From Octopus vulgaris (lineage: Eukaryota): DNA of 64,000 nt. The notes beneath the pieces were generated by a model. It did no database searches, was not told where the DNA came from, and saw nothing but the letters and a program-made list of their open reading frames with translations. The first letter of the stretch is position 1; each line of letters begins with the position of its first letter. Made by a program: the position numbers and the translations under genes. The stretch spans positions 9,610,001 to 9,674,000 of the forward strand of contig OX597839.1 of NCBI GenBank assembly GCA_951406725.2, in the 5' to 3' direction. Below are positions 50,223 to 64,000 of the stretch, piece by piece.

Positions 50223-51719
50223 TGTTGTTTGAGACCTGTCAAGCCAAGTGAAATTGTAGTTGTGGCTGATGCCAGTGCTGTCTAAGCTAGAAACCATGCT
50301 GGTGGCATATAAAAAGCACCGTTTGAGCATTGGGTCTAATGGAGACCAATACCTTTGGCAATATACTGTGCTTGTGTAGACCTGTCAAGTCAAGTTAGAT
50401 TGTAGTTGTGGCCGGTGTCACGTCAATGACACCTGTGCTGGTGGCACGTAAAAAGCACCCGCTACACTCTTAGAGTAGTTGGTGTTAGGGAAGGGCATCC
50501 AGCCTTAGAAACCCTCCCAAATCAGATTGGAACCTGGTGCAGCTTCCTGGCTTACCAGTTTTCAGTCAAACGATCTAACCCATGCCAGCATGGAAAGCAG
50601 ACATTAAACAATGGTGATGATGATATACATATGTGTGTGTGCGTGTTTGACCCCCAACACAACTTGGCAACTGGTGTTGGTGTGTTTACATCCTTGTAAC
50701 TTACTGCTTTGGCAAAAGAGACCAATAGAATAAGTACCAGGCTTTAAAAAAAAAAAGTACTGGGGGGCATTGCACATGATAGGCTAATACCAACTCTACT
50801 CACAAAGCTGTGATCAGCCTAAAGGTATAATAGAAGACACAAAGGTGTCACACATTGGAACTGAACTTGAAACCACATGGTTAGGAACCAAACATTTTAA
50901 TCAGACTGCCATACCTTTACCTATATATGTACATATAACACACACACACAAATTACTGGTGCATTAAGATTGTTTTGTTTCAATGCTATTATGTTCTTGT
51001 ATAGCATTGGCTAAAATCTCTCTCTCTCTTTCTCATATATGTATATATATATATACATATATATATATATACATATATATATAATTTATTTTACGTAATA
51101 ACATTGACACAGAACAAAAAGCCAGTAAGTTATTAATTGAACCAGCTGCCAAGAATGCATTATACATATATATATATACAGCAGGTTATTAGTATTGCTA
51201 TGCCAAAGAGAAATATTAATGTATCATCATCATCATCATCATCATCACTTAACGTCCATCTTTTGTGCTGGCATGGGTTGGATGATATGACAGGAGCCCG
51301 TCAGATCTGAAAGAAGCTCGTCGTGTATATGTGTGTGTGTGTATGTTTGTATGTCTTTTTTTGTCCCCCCACATCACTTGACAACCGATGGTGGCGTGTT
51401 TACGTCCCCGGAACTTAGCGATTCGGCAAAAGAGACCGATAGAATAAGTACTAGGCTTCAAAAGAATAAGTCCTGGGGTTGGTTTGCTCGACTAAGGGCG
51501 GTGCTCCAGCATGGCCACAGTCACATGATTGAAACAAGTAAATGAGTAAAAGAGTTATCCTGAGCAGTGATGTATGATAAAGTCAACTGATTAACCATCT
51601 GTAGTCCAAGATATTTGTCAATGGGGAAGTGATCAACACAGGCAGCTAGGGTAACTGAGACAATGTAGGTTAAATTAACTTGTATGAAGGTGGTGAGCTG
51701 GCAGAATTGTTAGAGTGTT

Positions 51720-51951
51720 AAGGTGGTGAGCTGACAGAATTGTTAGCATGCCGGGCAAAATGCTTAGCGGTATTTCGTCTGTCATTACATTCTGAGGTCA
51801 AATTCTGCCAAGGTCAACTTTGCCTTTCAGCCTTTCGGGGGTCGATAAATTAAGTACCAGTTACACACTGGATCGATGTAATCGACTTAATCCCTTTGTC
51901 TGTTCTTGTTTGTCCCCTCTATGTTTAGCCCCTTGTGGGCAATAAAGAATA
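51720..51951 (+). mobile_element. SINE family B inserted into the head of an older family-B copy
   Basis: 17-bp TSD AGAATTGTTAGAGTGTT at 51703-51719 and 51952-51968. Confidence 0.85.
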
Positions 51952-52992
51952 AGAATTGTTAGAGTGTTGGACAAAATATTTGATAGCATTTATTCCAGCT
52001 CTTAACATACTGTTAAGACTAATGAAAGGCAAATACTTTGCTTTCCATCCCTTTCGGGGCCAATAAAATAAGTATCAGTCAAGTAATAAACTTGTACCTT
52101 ACCCCCAAAATGCTTGTCTTGTGCCAAATTTTGAAACCATGATTAAATTGTCTGTCTAGGAACACAATAAAACACTCATATGAGAGAGGAATACTCTGAA
52201 ATGAAACCTGTCATGTTTGTAGTCTTTGATATTTTCTTGCTCCTGCACAATCTATTTTTGCTTGTTGGTTTAATGGTTTCAAACATTGAGTGGTAGACGT
52301 AGTTGTTTCCAACAAAAACATTTGTCATAATGAAATTTAATGTGTTAGTACATCTTTTAGTCTCTCTTTTTTTTTTTTTTTTTTTTTGCTATTTACAATT
52401 GAAAATGCTTTCCACCCACTACAAGTCATACTCAAACTTCTTGGAATCCCAAAAATAAATCATCTGGGCCATCACGTGCATCTACAGCAATGAAGTTCTG
52501 ACATTTCCAGATCGTTCTCACTTGTGAAGACATATGGAAAATATAATACAGGTAAGAGTAGTCCTGGTTCTCCAGTCAATAGCATGTTACATCCTCTGTA
52601 GAGTGTTGGTTTTGCCGTTTTGACACGTCTCTGCCCTTCTGAAAACCCATAGTAGGGAGTCACTAGAACTTAATGGAGTGGGTAGCACAAAAGGTAGCCA
52701 TTCTTGATTGTGAGTTGACAGCCACCATCTCACACATGCACACATACATGCACACAATTTCTATCAATTTCTACCAAAATCCACCAAGAAGGCACTGGTC
52801 AACACAAGACGACAGTAGAAAATATGTACCAAGGTGCTGCACTGAGAGACTAAAAAGATTCCCTTTTCCTAATCTGATTATGTCACCTTGACTGTATTAA
52901 AGATGCTGGGGGCATTGATAGAGTTAAGATGATACAACTGCATTGAGAAACCTTATTGAGTTCTCTTTTTTTCTTTTTCTTTTTCTTTTTTA

Positions 52993-53209
52993 TTTGTTTC
53001 AGTCATTTGACTGCGGCCATGCTGGTGCACCACCTTTAATCGAGCAACTCTACCCCGAGACTTATTCTTTGTAAGCCCAGTACTTATTCTATCGGTCTCT
53101 TTTGCCGAACTGCTAAGTGATGGGGACATAAACACACCAGCATCGGTTATCAAGCAATGCTAGAGGGACAATCACAAACACAGAAACACACACACACACA
53201 TACATACAT

Positions 53210-53262
<53 letters not shown>

Positions 53263-53432
53263 TATATATGACGGGCTTCTTTCAGTTTCCGTCTACCAAA
53301 ATCCACTCACAAGGCTTTGGTCGGCCCGAGGCTATAGTAGAAGACACTTGCCCAAGGTGCCACGCAGTGGGACTGAACCCGGAACCATGTGGTTTGTAAG
53401 CAAGCTACTTACCACACAGCCACTCCTGCGCC
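52993..53432 (-). mobile_element. SINE family A, full length
   Basis: Similar to 825-1225. Confidence 0.87.
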
Positions 53433-53692
53433 TGAGTTGCTACAGATTTTTTTATAAAGCAACAAGATTGATAAAAGTAATTTTGATTTGAATCAGAAAA
53501 TGTATCAAAACATGTCAGGTTATAACCCTGATATTATTGAACCTTAAGACTAAATCAATTTGAAATGCATAAACAGGTGTTCATACACAGAATCATATAA
53601 ATGGAAAGTCCAAAATCTTAGCAACTCGGTAATTTGCTCTGAAAGATGAAGTAAATAGGTGGGAAAAGATAAATCTATCTAGCAATAAATTT

Positions 53693-53910
53693 GAGGGGGC
53701 GCTGAAAAGTTCCTGGCTTTAAGGGTTTCACAAAAGGCCTGGTCGGAGGCTCAACCTTCTGAGTTTTTTTATGGAGCTTAGAAAAACTGAAGGGCTGCTG
53801 CAATAAGTATGTGAATCTGAGAGGGGAATATGTTGAATAAAATCATAATTAACTGACCCTCCTGTATTTTCTTTTACCCCAAAACCAGGAACCTTTCAGC
53901 ACCCCCATCA
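53693..53910. mobile_element. Mariner-derived MITE
   Basis: TIR GGGGGCGCTGAAAAGTTCCTGG / CCAGGAACCTTTCAGCACCCCC; related fragment near 27030-27147. Confidence 0.75.
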
Positions 53911-53970
53911 TACATCACATCACAGATAAAGAAGACAGGTAATTAATGCCTTGAATTGGTTACGGAAACT

Positions 53971-54003
53971 GCTTACCTGACAAAAACAGAAAACAGTGAG
54001 GAG
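53971..54003 (-). promoter_or_regulatory. Candidate recursive splice site (polypyrimidine-CAG|GTAAGC)
   Basis: Minus strand ctcctcactgttttctgtttttgtCAG|GTAAGC, in the sense orientation of the host gene. Confidence 0.4.
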
Positions 54004-55759
54004 TGTATTAACTAAAACAGTAGTCCAGGTAACCAACTCTGACTGAAGAATAACATCATCAGGTTCCAGAGGACACATAGTGTCATTAACTGACTGCATT
54101 CTTATTTCCAGCAGGTGCTACACTGCACAGCAGATCATTAGAATGGTGGCAGAAAATACACACCAATCTTCCTGGCAACTCACCCTTACCTCTCACCTTC
54201 ATAACACCCACTCATGGTACACATGGCTGACCAATCAATCAAGAATTGAGTACAGCAGAAGAATGTCTTTTGAGAAGGTTTTTTTTTGTTTTTTTTTTTT
54301 GTTGCTTTTTTTTTTTGTTATTCTGCCATCTATAACCAAAGTGATAAAAGGTAAAACACTTTTAGGAGTCTGAATGGAATTAAAAACAACAGTGTGCCAG
54401 AGTGGAGGAGATATACTTGCAACAGTAGCAGAAGAGAGTGGGTTGAGGAGTTTACTGTACACATACTGTTGGAACACAAAAGATTGTAAGGGTGGACGTG
54501 GCATGGTGGAAGTTTCTCATTCATACATCTGTTGATAGGAGAGAAATAGTAAATAGACATAGAGATAGACAACACAGTATTTCTTACAAGCAAATTCTGG
54601 TCGAGAAATTTATTGTTTGGAAACAGAAGAAACAATAGAATGCATTTCTTGCTTTGTATTTGGATCAAGTAGGTGAGGGTTCAAGTGTGGGGAACTACAC
54701 CTAGTTGGCAACAGTTGTTTAGCCACAGTTCAATCTTCATTAAAAGTATTCCAGCCATGACCATCCCAGCTGAGTCCTTCCATGTTTAAGACACAGGAAG
54801 TTTGATTTTATAGAAACTTGGCTGCTATTTCTAGTAAGTTGAGTGACCACATAGGCATCTTGATTAGTTTAACATTATCCGATGTGTACCTCTTTGTAGT
54901 TTCTCTTTAGTTCAATCTTCATGAAAAGTGTTCCAGCCATGACCATCCAGTCTTTTATCTATGGTCTAAGTAAGATTACGTTATATAATGTGCCCTCCAT
55001 TGTTGTTGTTATTCTTTAACCCTAGGTTAGCCATGATCCAAGTGACCTATGTTCAAAAGTGTTCTAGCTGTGATCAGTTTGTCTTTTATTTGGCACAATA
55101 TCTTGGATAACATTATGTAATGTGTTCCTCCTCTTTCAAGACGTCAGAGTGGAATTTCTAGTAAGTTGAATGACTACTTCGGTCTCCCTGCTCCCACCAC
55201 CATGAGAGGCTTATCTATCACAGATAACTTTCTAAGGTGGACTGTGGTTATTTTAAACAAGGCACTGAATGCAGAATCTCAACAAAAGCTCACAAATAAA
55301 GGAACAACTGTAAAATTGTTCTTTCATATATGAGACAATGACTACAAAGGAACAACCCTAGAAGGATGCCTCCTCCAACTGGTTACTCAATGCAATCTGC
55401 ATCCAATATATATTGCAAGCAGGGGAGTGAACTCTATCATCTCCCAGTCACAAGGCTGCCAGACTGTACGGTTTCAACCTCTTTGTGGTCATCATCGGTG
55501 GTGGGTGCTCATCTGCTAGAGATAGCAGTAGTTCACTCCAGTTTGCAATATAAGAGGAAAAAAGACAAAAACCTAAAACACCAGAAGGGAAAACGAAAAA
55601 GCATAAGGATAGAAACTGACAGAGCCAGGTTGTATGTAAAATTTACTTAAATGGTACCTTCTGACATGGAGAAACAGGAGAGGGCTGCAGGTTTGCCCAT
55701 CCCCAAACTCATTAGAACAACAAGCAGGGAAACCTGAAACAAAGCCAGCAAAAACATAG

Positions 55760-57172
55760 AGGGAAATCATCAAGCATGGATCTATAGACTAATAGTGTAC
55801 CAACTGGAAGAAGTATGTCTCAAAAGAGTAGGAAAAGAGATCAATGCATGCATTTTGCATCCTTCAAAAGGCAATATGCAGAGGCTGTGCAAACTGCAGC
55901 TATTAAACAACAGTATTTTTTTTAACATGACCCAGAAGATAATACAGCAGCTGACATGGATGCACGGGATGCAAACTCAAAGCTATGCATTCCAATGCAC
56001 AAGACCACCTCAGGTGACATGAGATGCAGGTCAAAGATCTCAAAGTAGTTGAACAGGCAGCTGAAAGATAGAGAGAAGTCTATCTTAACACGGACACTCC
56101 TAGAAATTAAAAGCAGGATCTCAAGGAGGACTCAAGCCTTATCCGGCTTTAATTTCCATAAGGCAAAATGGGAATCAATCCACAAAGAGATTCACAAACA
56201 AAACTGGTCCAACATTGAGATCTTTGACCTGCGTCTCATGAAGATTTTTCTGTCCCTGGGGAATCTTGTTTGTCAGCATGCTGGCCTTTCTTTCTGGGAT
56301 ATATTCAGCCATTTTATGTCAACAGTGTAAGCTATATGCACTAAATATATCCCAGAAAGAAAGGCCAGCATGCTGACAAACAAGATTCCCCAGGGACAGA
56401 AAAATCCTCATGAGACGCAGGTCAAAGATCTCAAGGTAGCTGAACAGGCAGCTGAAAGATAGAGAGAAGTCTATCTTAACACGGACACTCCTAGAAATTA
56501 AAAGCAGGATCTCATGAAAAGGAAAGAGCAGAGAGAGAGAGAAGGCTGTGGAAAGCATAAAAACAAATCCCAAAGCTTTCTATAAATTCGCAAAGGAAAC
56601 AGCTAGAATACAATGTAAAATAAAACCACTGTTCCAAGGAAATGACTCACTGATGGCAGACCCAGGAAGGGTAAGTGAGATAAGGCGGCGAGCTGGCAGA
56701 AACGTTAGCATGCCGGGCAAAATGCTTAGCGGTATTTCGTCTGCCGTTACGTTCTGAGTTCAAATTCCGCCGAGGTCGACTTTGCCTTTCATCCTTTCGG
56801 GGTCGATTAAATAAGTACCAGTTATGCACTGGGGTCGATATGACCGACTTAATCCGTTTGTCTGTCCTTGTTCGTCTTCTCTGTGTTTAGCCCCTTGTGG
56901 GTAGTAAAGAAATAGGTAAGTGAGATACTCAGTGAACAATTGAAAAGTGTCTTCACTTACCCCCATTGGACACATGCAGATAAAAAATCCAGCTGAATTC
57001 TTTGATATTGTAGCTCTTAAAAAGGAGGCGTCAGCCATTGGTTACATCAACATTGAGGAAACAGATGTAACAGTGGCCATAGGAGAAATGAGCTCATGCT
57101 CTGCCACTGGTCCTGATGGCTTCCCAGCTATTCTCCTATAGTCATGTAAGCAGGCTTTAGTGAAACCACTTC

Positions 57173-57176
<4 letters not shown>
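55760..57176 (+). mobile_element. Rearranged CR1/L2-group LINE ORF2 fragment
   Basis: FNFHKAKWESI, IKTNPKAFYKFAK and SATGPDGFPAILL motifs of the inter-domain/RT N-terminal region. Confidence 0.75.
56683..56914 (+). mobile_element. SINE family B, young, with 13-bp TSD
   Basis: TSD GGTAAGTGAGATA at 56670-56682 and 56915-56927. Confidence 0.9.
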
Positions 57177-57216
<40 letters not shown>

Positions 57217-57221
57217 TCTCT

Positions 57222-57416
57222 CTTTTACTCTTTTACTTGTTTCAGTCATTTGACTGTGGCCATGCTGGAGCACCGCCTTTAGTCGAGCAAATCGACCCCA
57301 GGACTTATTCTTTGTAAGCCCAGTACTCATTCTATCGGTCTCTTTTGCTGAACTGCTAAGTAACAGGGACGTAAACACACCAGCATCGGTTGTCAAGCAA
57401 TGCTAGGGGGACAAAC

Positions 57417-57447
<31 letters not shown>

Positions 57448-57631
57448 TACACATATATATTTATATACATATATACGACAGGCTTCTTTCAGTTTCCGTC
57501 TACCAAATCCACTCACAAGGCATTGGTCGACCCGGGGCTATAGCAGAAGACACTTGCCCAAGATGCCACGCAGTGGGACTGAACCCGGAACCATGTGGTT
57601 GGTTAGCAAGCTACTTACCACACAGCCACTC
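57222..57631 (-). mobile_element. SINE family A
   Basis: Near-identical to 825-1225. Confidence 0.87.
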
Positions 57632-59954
57632 TATATATAAATATAAAAAATTCAGGGTGAATACTTGATAACTGTAAGCACCTATATATGTCAGCTAGTG
57701 GTGTAGGTGATAGGGTATATTTATCAAAAGGAAAACAGGATGCAAAGGATTTTGTGGTACATATGTTTCTGGCTTTATTGAACAATTTATATCAATGCAT
57801 AATTGATATAACATGTAGGTCAACAGCCTCTCAGTACAATTCACAACATTATTGAACATTATATGGGGCAGGTTTGAGAAGAAGTTTGGGAAAAAAACAA
57901 GTTTCATTGGGAAGGTAAATCCTCATAGTCGTATACGGCATAGCAAGACACCATATATATATATATATATGTGTGTGTGTATGTGTGTCTGTGTTTGTCC
58001 CCCCAACATCGCTTGACAACAGATGCTGGTATGTTTACGTCCACGTAACTTAGCGGTTCAGTAAAAGAGATTGATAGGATAAGTACTAGGCTTACGAAAG
58101 CAGTGCTTCAGCATGGCCACAGTCACATGATTGAAACAAGTAGAAGAGTAAAAGAGTAAATAAGTTATTTTTTTATTAATTAAACATAACTAATCCTGGA
58201 ACTTTTTGATACTATCTCATAAATAAATCACCCCAATTATTCACACACAAACACACACACACACACACACAAAGCTTCCTTTCAGTTTTCATCTGCTGAA
58301 TCCACTGACAAGGCTTTGATCAGACAAGGTGCTGCAGAGTGCAACTGAACTTCAAACCGCATGGTGTGGAAGCAAGCTTCTTAATCACACATCCACACAC
58401 ACACACACACACATGCACAGATGTCTATGTTAACACATATACATGTGTGTGTGTGTGTGTGTATATAAATGACAAATAAAAATTTATGTGTAGATATAAA
58501 TACTTATATATATATTTATAGAGGCAATGAGAGAGTAATAAACATGTGGTAATATTACAGCCATTGTGATGACAGTGACCCTTGAATCTCTACACAAGCT
58601 GAGAGCAGAAAAAAAACAAAAAAAATAACAATTCTTTACCCCCCCCCCCCCCACTCACTGGCTTTCCATACATATTTCATCCAATTTCCTTAGAGGCTAA
58701 ACTAAACACAAACACAAGCATTTGTATAAATAGATAATTGATCTTTGAACAGCAACAACCTCTTGTAACACTTCTTTATATTAATTCAGCTCCACCCTAA
58801 TTATTTGCTTATTCAGAGAAATCTTTTTGACCTTCGACACAGCCTAACCAGCTGATAGGTGGGTGAAATAACTGGCCAAAATATCTCCAGGGCTATCTCA
58901 TGACTGCCACCAGCAGCTTGCTGTCAGCAAGGTTAACAAACAGTCTGCAGCATATGGATTCTATTTTGCCCATCAAATAACATTTTCTTGACGAGTGTCT
59001 TTACTTGATATTTGCTCCATAGACACAGGCATTCGTATGTAAGAAATTTGCTTCCCAATCATGTGATTTGGGTTCAGTTCCACTGCATGGGACCACTTGG
59101 GGAAAGAGATTGCTATTATAGCCCTAGGGCCAACCAAAGCTCTGTAAGTGGATTTGGTAGATGGAAACTGAAAGAAGCCCATTGTGTGTGTGTGGCTGTC
59201 CATGCTACCTTTTCACAACCAGTGTTGGTTTGTTTATGTTCCCATAATTTTGCAGTTTAGCAAAAGAGAATGATAGAATAAGTACCAGACTTGGGGAAAA
59301 ATAACTTTTGGAGTTAACTTGTTTGACTAAAACCCTTCGAGGTAGTGCTCCAGCATGGCCACAGACCAAAGAGCGAAGCAAGTAAAAGATAAATAAGAAG
59401 TAAACTAGAGACAAAGGCAGTAGAGTGATGGAAGAAATTACTTTTACAGCTTTGTTACATCACTTTGCCTTGTGCGTTCAAATCCAAACTGAGGTTAACT
59501 TTGCCTTTTATTCTGCCAGAGGAGGGGGAGGGAGTTTATAAAATGAAGTACCAGTAAAATACAAAGGTCAATTTAATCAGTTATTTTCATCACAACCCCT
59601 ACATTGCTGGCTTTGTACCAATATGAGGAAACAATATTTGTCCCAAAGCACCTCTGCAACTCAAATAAATAAATCATCATTTAACGTCCGTTTTCCATGC
59701 TAGCATGGGTTGGACAGTTCGACCGGGGTCTAGTAAGCCATGGAGGCTGCACCAGGCTCTAGTCTGATTTGGCAGTGTTTCTACAGCTGGATGCCCTTCC
59801 TAACACCAACCACTCCATGAGTGTAGTGGGTGTTTTTTACGTGCCACTGGCACAGGAGCCAGAGCAGGCTGGCAAACGGCCACAATTGGTTGGTGCTTTT
59901 ACGTGTTACCGACACGGACGCCAGTCAGGCAACGCTAATATCTGCCAAAATAAA

Positions 59955-59985
<31 letters not shown>

Positions 59986-60009
59986 TAATAATAATGATAA
60001 TAATAATAA

Positions 60010-60497
60010 ATGCCCTGATGCAGTACCAGGCAGTGGCTCTTGTGGCTTCTGATCTTAACTGATTGGAAGTGTTATCATGTACATTGTTTTGTCTTGGTAT
60101 AAAAGATGGGCTACAACAAATATTCAGCTCAGTATCACAGATTTGCTTGTCAGTTGTTTGACCATAACCAGTTGAGCATGTCCCTTAGTGGCTGGCGATA
60201 TGTACATCTCTGATCATGAGCAGTAGTGGGGGAGCATCATAGCCATGTGTTGAGAGGGATTCTTTGGGGTTTGGATAATTCACCTTTGGAAGCATGGGTG
60301 GTTCGTTCAACATTATAACTGGGCCCCACTTGTAAGGTCATGCGCTGTTTATCTTGATATATCACCATGTCGCGCACATATGGCTGTGATGCATGTGCCT
60401 AGTGTACCCTTATCAGACAGGTAGTCATGATGGGTATACTGGGCTTCGTATATTTTACCCCAGTGTCACTTTGATGGCATGCACTGCTCTCTCACTC
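60010..60497. mobile_element. Unclassified insertion embedded in (AAT)n
   Basis: Higher-GC block with AAT repeats on both sides, as expected for a microsatellite-targeting retroelement; no ORF recognised. Confidence 0.4.
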
Positions 60498-63117
60498 AAT
60501 AATAATAATGAAAATGATAATGGTTTCAAATTCTGCCACAAGGGCAGACACTGATAAATAATAACAACAACAAAAATATAATTTGTTATGAGAAATAACT
60601 TCTAGATTGACAAACTCTTCCACTCTCTATCCGTCACCATCAATCTATTTATCTCATTAATATTTACCACACTTAAGGTGACAAGCTGGCAGAATCGTTA
60701 GCATGCTGGGTAAAATGCTTAGTGGCATTTTCATCCATCCTTTCATTCCGAGTTCAAATTCTGCTGAGGCTGACATTGCCTTTCATCCTTTTGGGGTTGG
60801 TAAATTAAGTACCAGTTGAGTACTGGGGTTGATGTAATCAGCTTAACCCCTCCCCAAACTTGCTGGCCTTGTGCCAAAGTTTGAAACCATTATTGACCAC
60901 ACTTTTTATCTATATGTATTATCTCACAGATTGCTTTCATTTTGTTCAAAGCTTTATCTTCCAATGTTTACTTTTTATTATATTAAAGCTATCACATACA
61001 AAATCCCCTTTTCTAACTGAGTGAAAATGCTCAAACTTTAAACCCCTGTAACATTTTACGAAAATTTTTCTGGAATAAATGAGTCACAAACTCAGATTCA
61101 GCCTGAAAAAAACACACCAATATACCAATTTTGAATATTTTTACTTAATTTTAAAATTTCAAAATCTGTGACAGCAACAGAATTTCTCCTTATTTGTCTA
61201 TCTCTTTAATTTTTTGCTTTGCATATAATAAACTTTTCCCCTCTCTATATATTTATCACACTCTCTATAAAAGTATATAGCTCATGCTCAGTGTGTGTGC
61301 ATGTGTGTAATGAATTTCAATCGATTGACAAAGTGGTTTAAAAAAGGTAAAAGATTATTTTAACAGCAAACTTTTCTGCTTGTAAATGTTTTATCTTACA
61401 CACACATGAACTTGCTTGGTGTGAAGTGGGGGATTAAATATTTAAACTATAATTTTTTTTTTGTTGTTGCTTAAATCTCAACAATGGACCACTGGACCAT
61501 CATTTCATAAAATGTGTTTATGGAGGAAAAAAATATCTAAAAACATCAATACATGTGACAAAGAAATTAGGAAGGTACCAGGTGGTTGTGAATGTGCTAG
61601 AAACAACAGCTAAATCTCTCTTAAATCACACACCTTTTTTTATCTGAAAATTATTTTGAAATTATAAATAGAAACAAATTGCAGATTTAGACTATCTCTA
61701 TTTTAAAACTATGATTAAAAAAAAAATTCCAAAGAAGAACCAAAATTTTAGGATTTAGGGTGGGAGTGGAGGAAACCAATGCTATGCCAGTTTATATATA
61801 CATATATATAAAGCACAGGCATGACTGTGTGGTAAGAAGTTTACTTCCCAACCACATGGTTCTGGATTCAATCCTACTGCATGGCACCTTGGGCAAGAGC
61901 CTTCTACTTTTGCCTTGGGTCAATGAAAACCTTGTGAATGCAGTTCATAAATGGAAACTGAAATAAGCCTGTTGTATGTGAGTGTGTGCACATATCTTTG
62001 TGTTTGTATCCCACTACACCACTTGACAACCAGTATTGGTTTGTTTACATCTCTGTAACTTAGTGGTTCGGCAAAGAGGCCAATAGAATAAGAAAAAGTG
62101 CTGAGTTGATCTGTTCAGCTAGAAATTCTTTGAAGCAGTGCCTCAGCATGGCCACAGTCTAATGCTTAAACAAGTAAAAGATAATACATATATATACACA
62201 GACTGGAGCCTGGTGCAGCCTTCTGGCTTCCCAGACCCCGATCAAACCATCCAACCCATGCTAGCATGGAAAACGGACGTTAAACGATGATGATGATGAT
62301 GACACAAATACAGATATCATACTTTTGTCACTACTATTGCTATCATCCATGTATCTATTGCCCATGCTTCTAGCACTCATGGCCCTTACTACTTATTTCT
62401 CAATTACTACCACTCCTTCTAAATCTCACTTTACTATGCTACTAGTGTGACTAAGGATGGTAGTGGATCTCTGTTCTTCACCATACAGTGCTTCTAGTAC
62501 AACTAAGGATGCTAATACTCTCACTAACACTCTAGCCGTTTTCTCATCCTTATCACTGCTTCACCCATATTGAGACATTTACTTAAGAACCTATTTCTTT
62601 ATTACCCACAAGGGGCTAAACATAGAGGGGACAAACAAGGACAGACATAGGTATTAAGTCGATTACATCGACCCAGTGTTTAACTGGTAACCTTCCCCAG
62701 ATTCACATGTACCCCATAAACTCTACCTATACTCTCTTCTAAGTTGTTTGGTATTGACCCTCATCATTCACCATCAAGATTTATCTACCTCTTTCTATCC
62801 CTCACCCATCACATTCTCACCTCTATCCTCCCTGGTGCTGGTGTCACAATAAAATGACCTCAGTGCATTCTGTTAAGAATGGGGAGAAGAGATCTTTTCA
62901 GTCTTGTCAAAGACATGGTAACCTCCCTAGTGTTGGTGCGTCAAAAAACAAAGTGCACTCAGAAAAGTAGCTGTTGATGTTAGGAAGGACATCCAGGTGT
63001 AGAAACCAAGCCAAAATGAAACTTATAAGCAATGTGGTCATTTGATCTATTTAGGAGTGCAGCAACAAGGTATGACACCTCTACAAGCATGGAAAGTAGA
63101 TGTAAAGCAATGATGAC

Positions 63118-63155
<38 letters not shown>

Positions 63156-63159
<4 letters not shown>

Positions 63160-63356
63160 ATCCAAACATGAAAACACAAAGAGAAAACACAACAACGCAA
63201 GGACGTGGAACAAGTATAGTATTATTGGATGCTCAGCAAAGAAGGATGGTTTAACGTTTTGAGCGGAGCTCTTCGTCAGAAACATAGGAAAAGGAAAGAT
63301 CCAAAGAAAGGAAGACAGAGGAAAAAAAATCGACAACAGTACACACGCGGTCACAT
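63156..63356 (-). mobile_element. Short Penelope-like/retrozyme-like repeat carrying a minimal hammerhead motif
   Basis: (TA)n-flanked; minus strand GTTT-CTGACGA-A-GAGC-tcc-GCTC-AAAAC-GTT-AAAC at 63249-63283; same family as 1813-2010. Confidence 0.65.
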
Positions 63357-64000
63357 TTTGAATGTATATATATATACATACACATCTACATATATTCAGT
63401 CAACAGCTGAAATCTAGAGGTGCTCAATTGAAAGTCTTTATTGAGGACTAGGTCCATGGAGTAAAGAGTGGTTATAAGAGAAATCTAGGTGAGTTGATAC
63501 GAGATAGTTATACAGATAAATACAATAAGGTTTTGATATATATAAATATACATACATATACACAGAGAGACAACTAAAAAATTCATCCTCAAACCCAACA
63601 AATTCATTTACGTGTGTGTGTGTGTGTGTGTGTAGTTGTAGACAGAGTAGTAAAAGTCAAACATTGAGGAAGGAAATTTATGTGGGGTTTGGTGTAGGGT
63701 TGCAACCATCCAACTGTTGCACCCTTGCACAAACTGAACAAGATAAACAGTAGAACGCATGACAGCAAGGAGCAGGGCAGGGTTTAAAAAGAAATATGAT
63801 AATACATACATTGAACTCTGAACCATGAAGCTGGGGTCCCATTTTATAGTGGGAACGTATAAGAAGCTGAGGAATATCAACAAATTTGTTGTTGTTGTTG
63901 TTGTTAGAGTTATCTTCATCATCACTGGCAGTAGTGATCCAACAGCGAAAGTTGTTGCATATAAAATCCTTGACAGAGTATTCCAGTGACAGAGATGTGT

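Noticed and set aside
45153-64000. Preceding MYO18 motor exon (expected to end in a GLSQ/GLSR-like sequence)
   Set aside because: No matching phase-0 exon found by eye; it probably lies beyond the window.

Overview
AT-rich, microsatellite- and transposon-dense eukaryotic DNA; the repeat families suggest a coleoid cephalopod (probably Octopus, an inference). The whole window appears to lie inside one minus-strand gene, unconventional myosin-XVIII (MYO18A-like). Four consecutive phase-0 exons (45024-45152, 5646-5789, 1662-1751, 1349-1468) encode the end of the motor domain, the IQ/neck and the start of the coiled coil, with a ~39.2 kb intron between the first two. The rest is intronic: tRNA-derived SINEs, RTE/CR1/RLE-type LINE fragments, mariner/Tc1, piggyBac-like and other MITEs, Helitron fragments and satellites. 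The most interesting candidates are: an in-frame, IQ-like alternative exon in the big intron that could give a headless myosin-18 (catchin/MRP-like); three hammerhead-ribozyme-like motifs, one in a retrozyme-like 352-bp unit; a recursive-splice (AG|GT) site; a perfect 136-bp fold-back next to an exon; and a 32-bp satellite apparently born from a mariner transposase tail. Repeat boundaries are approximate and nothing was verified computationally.
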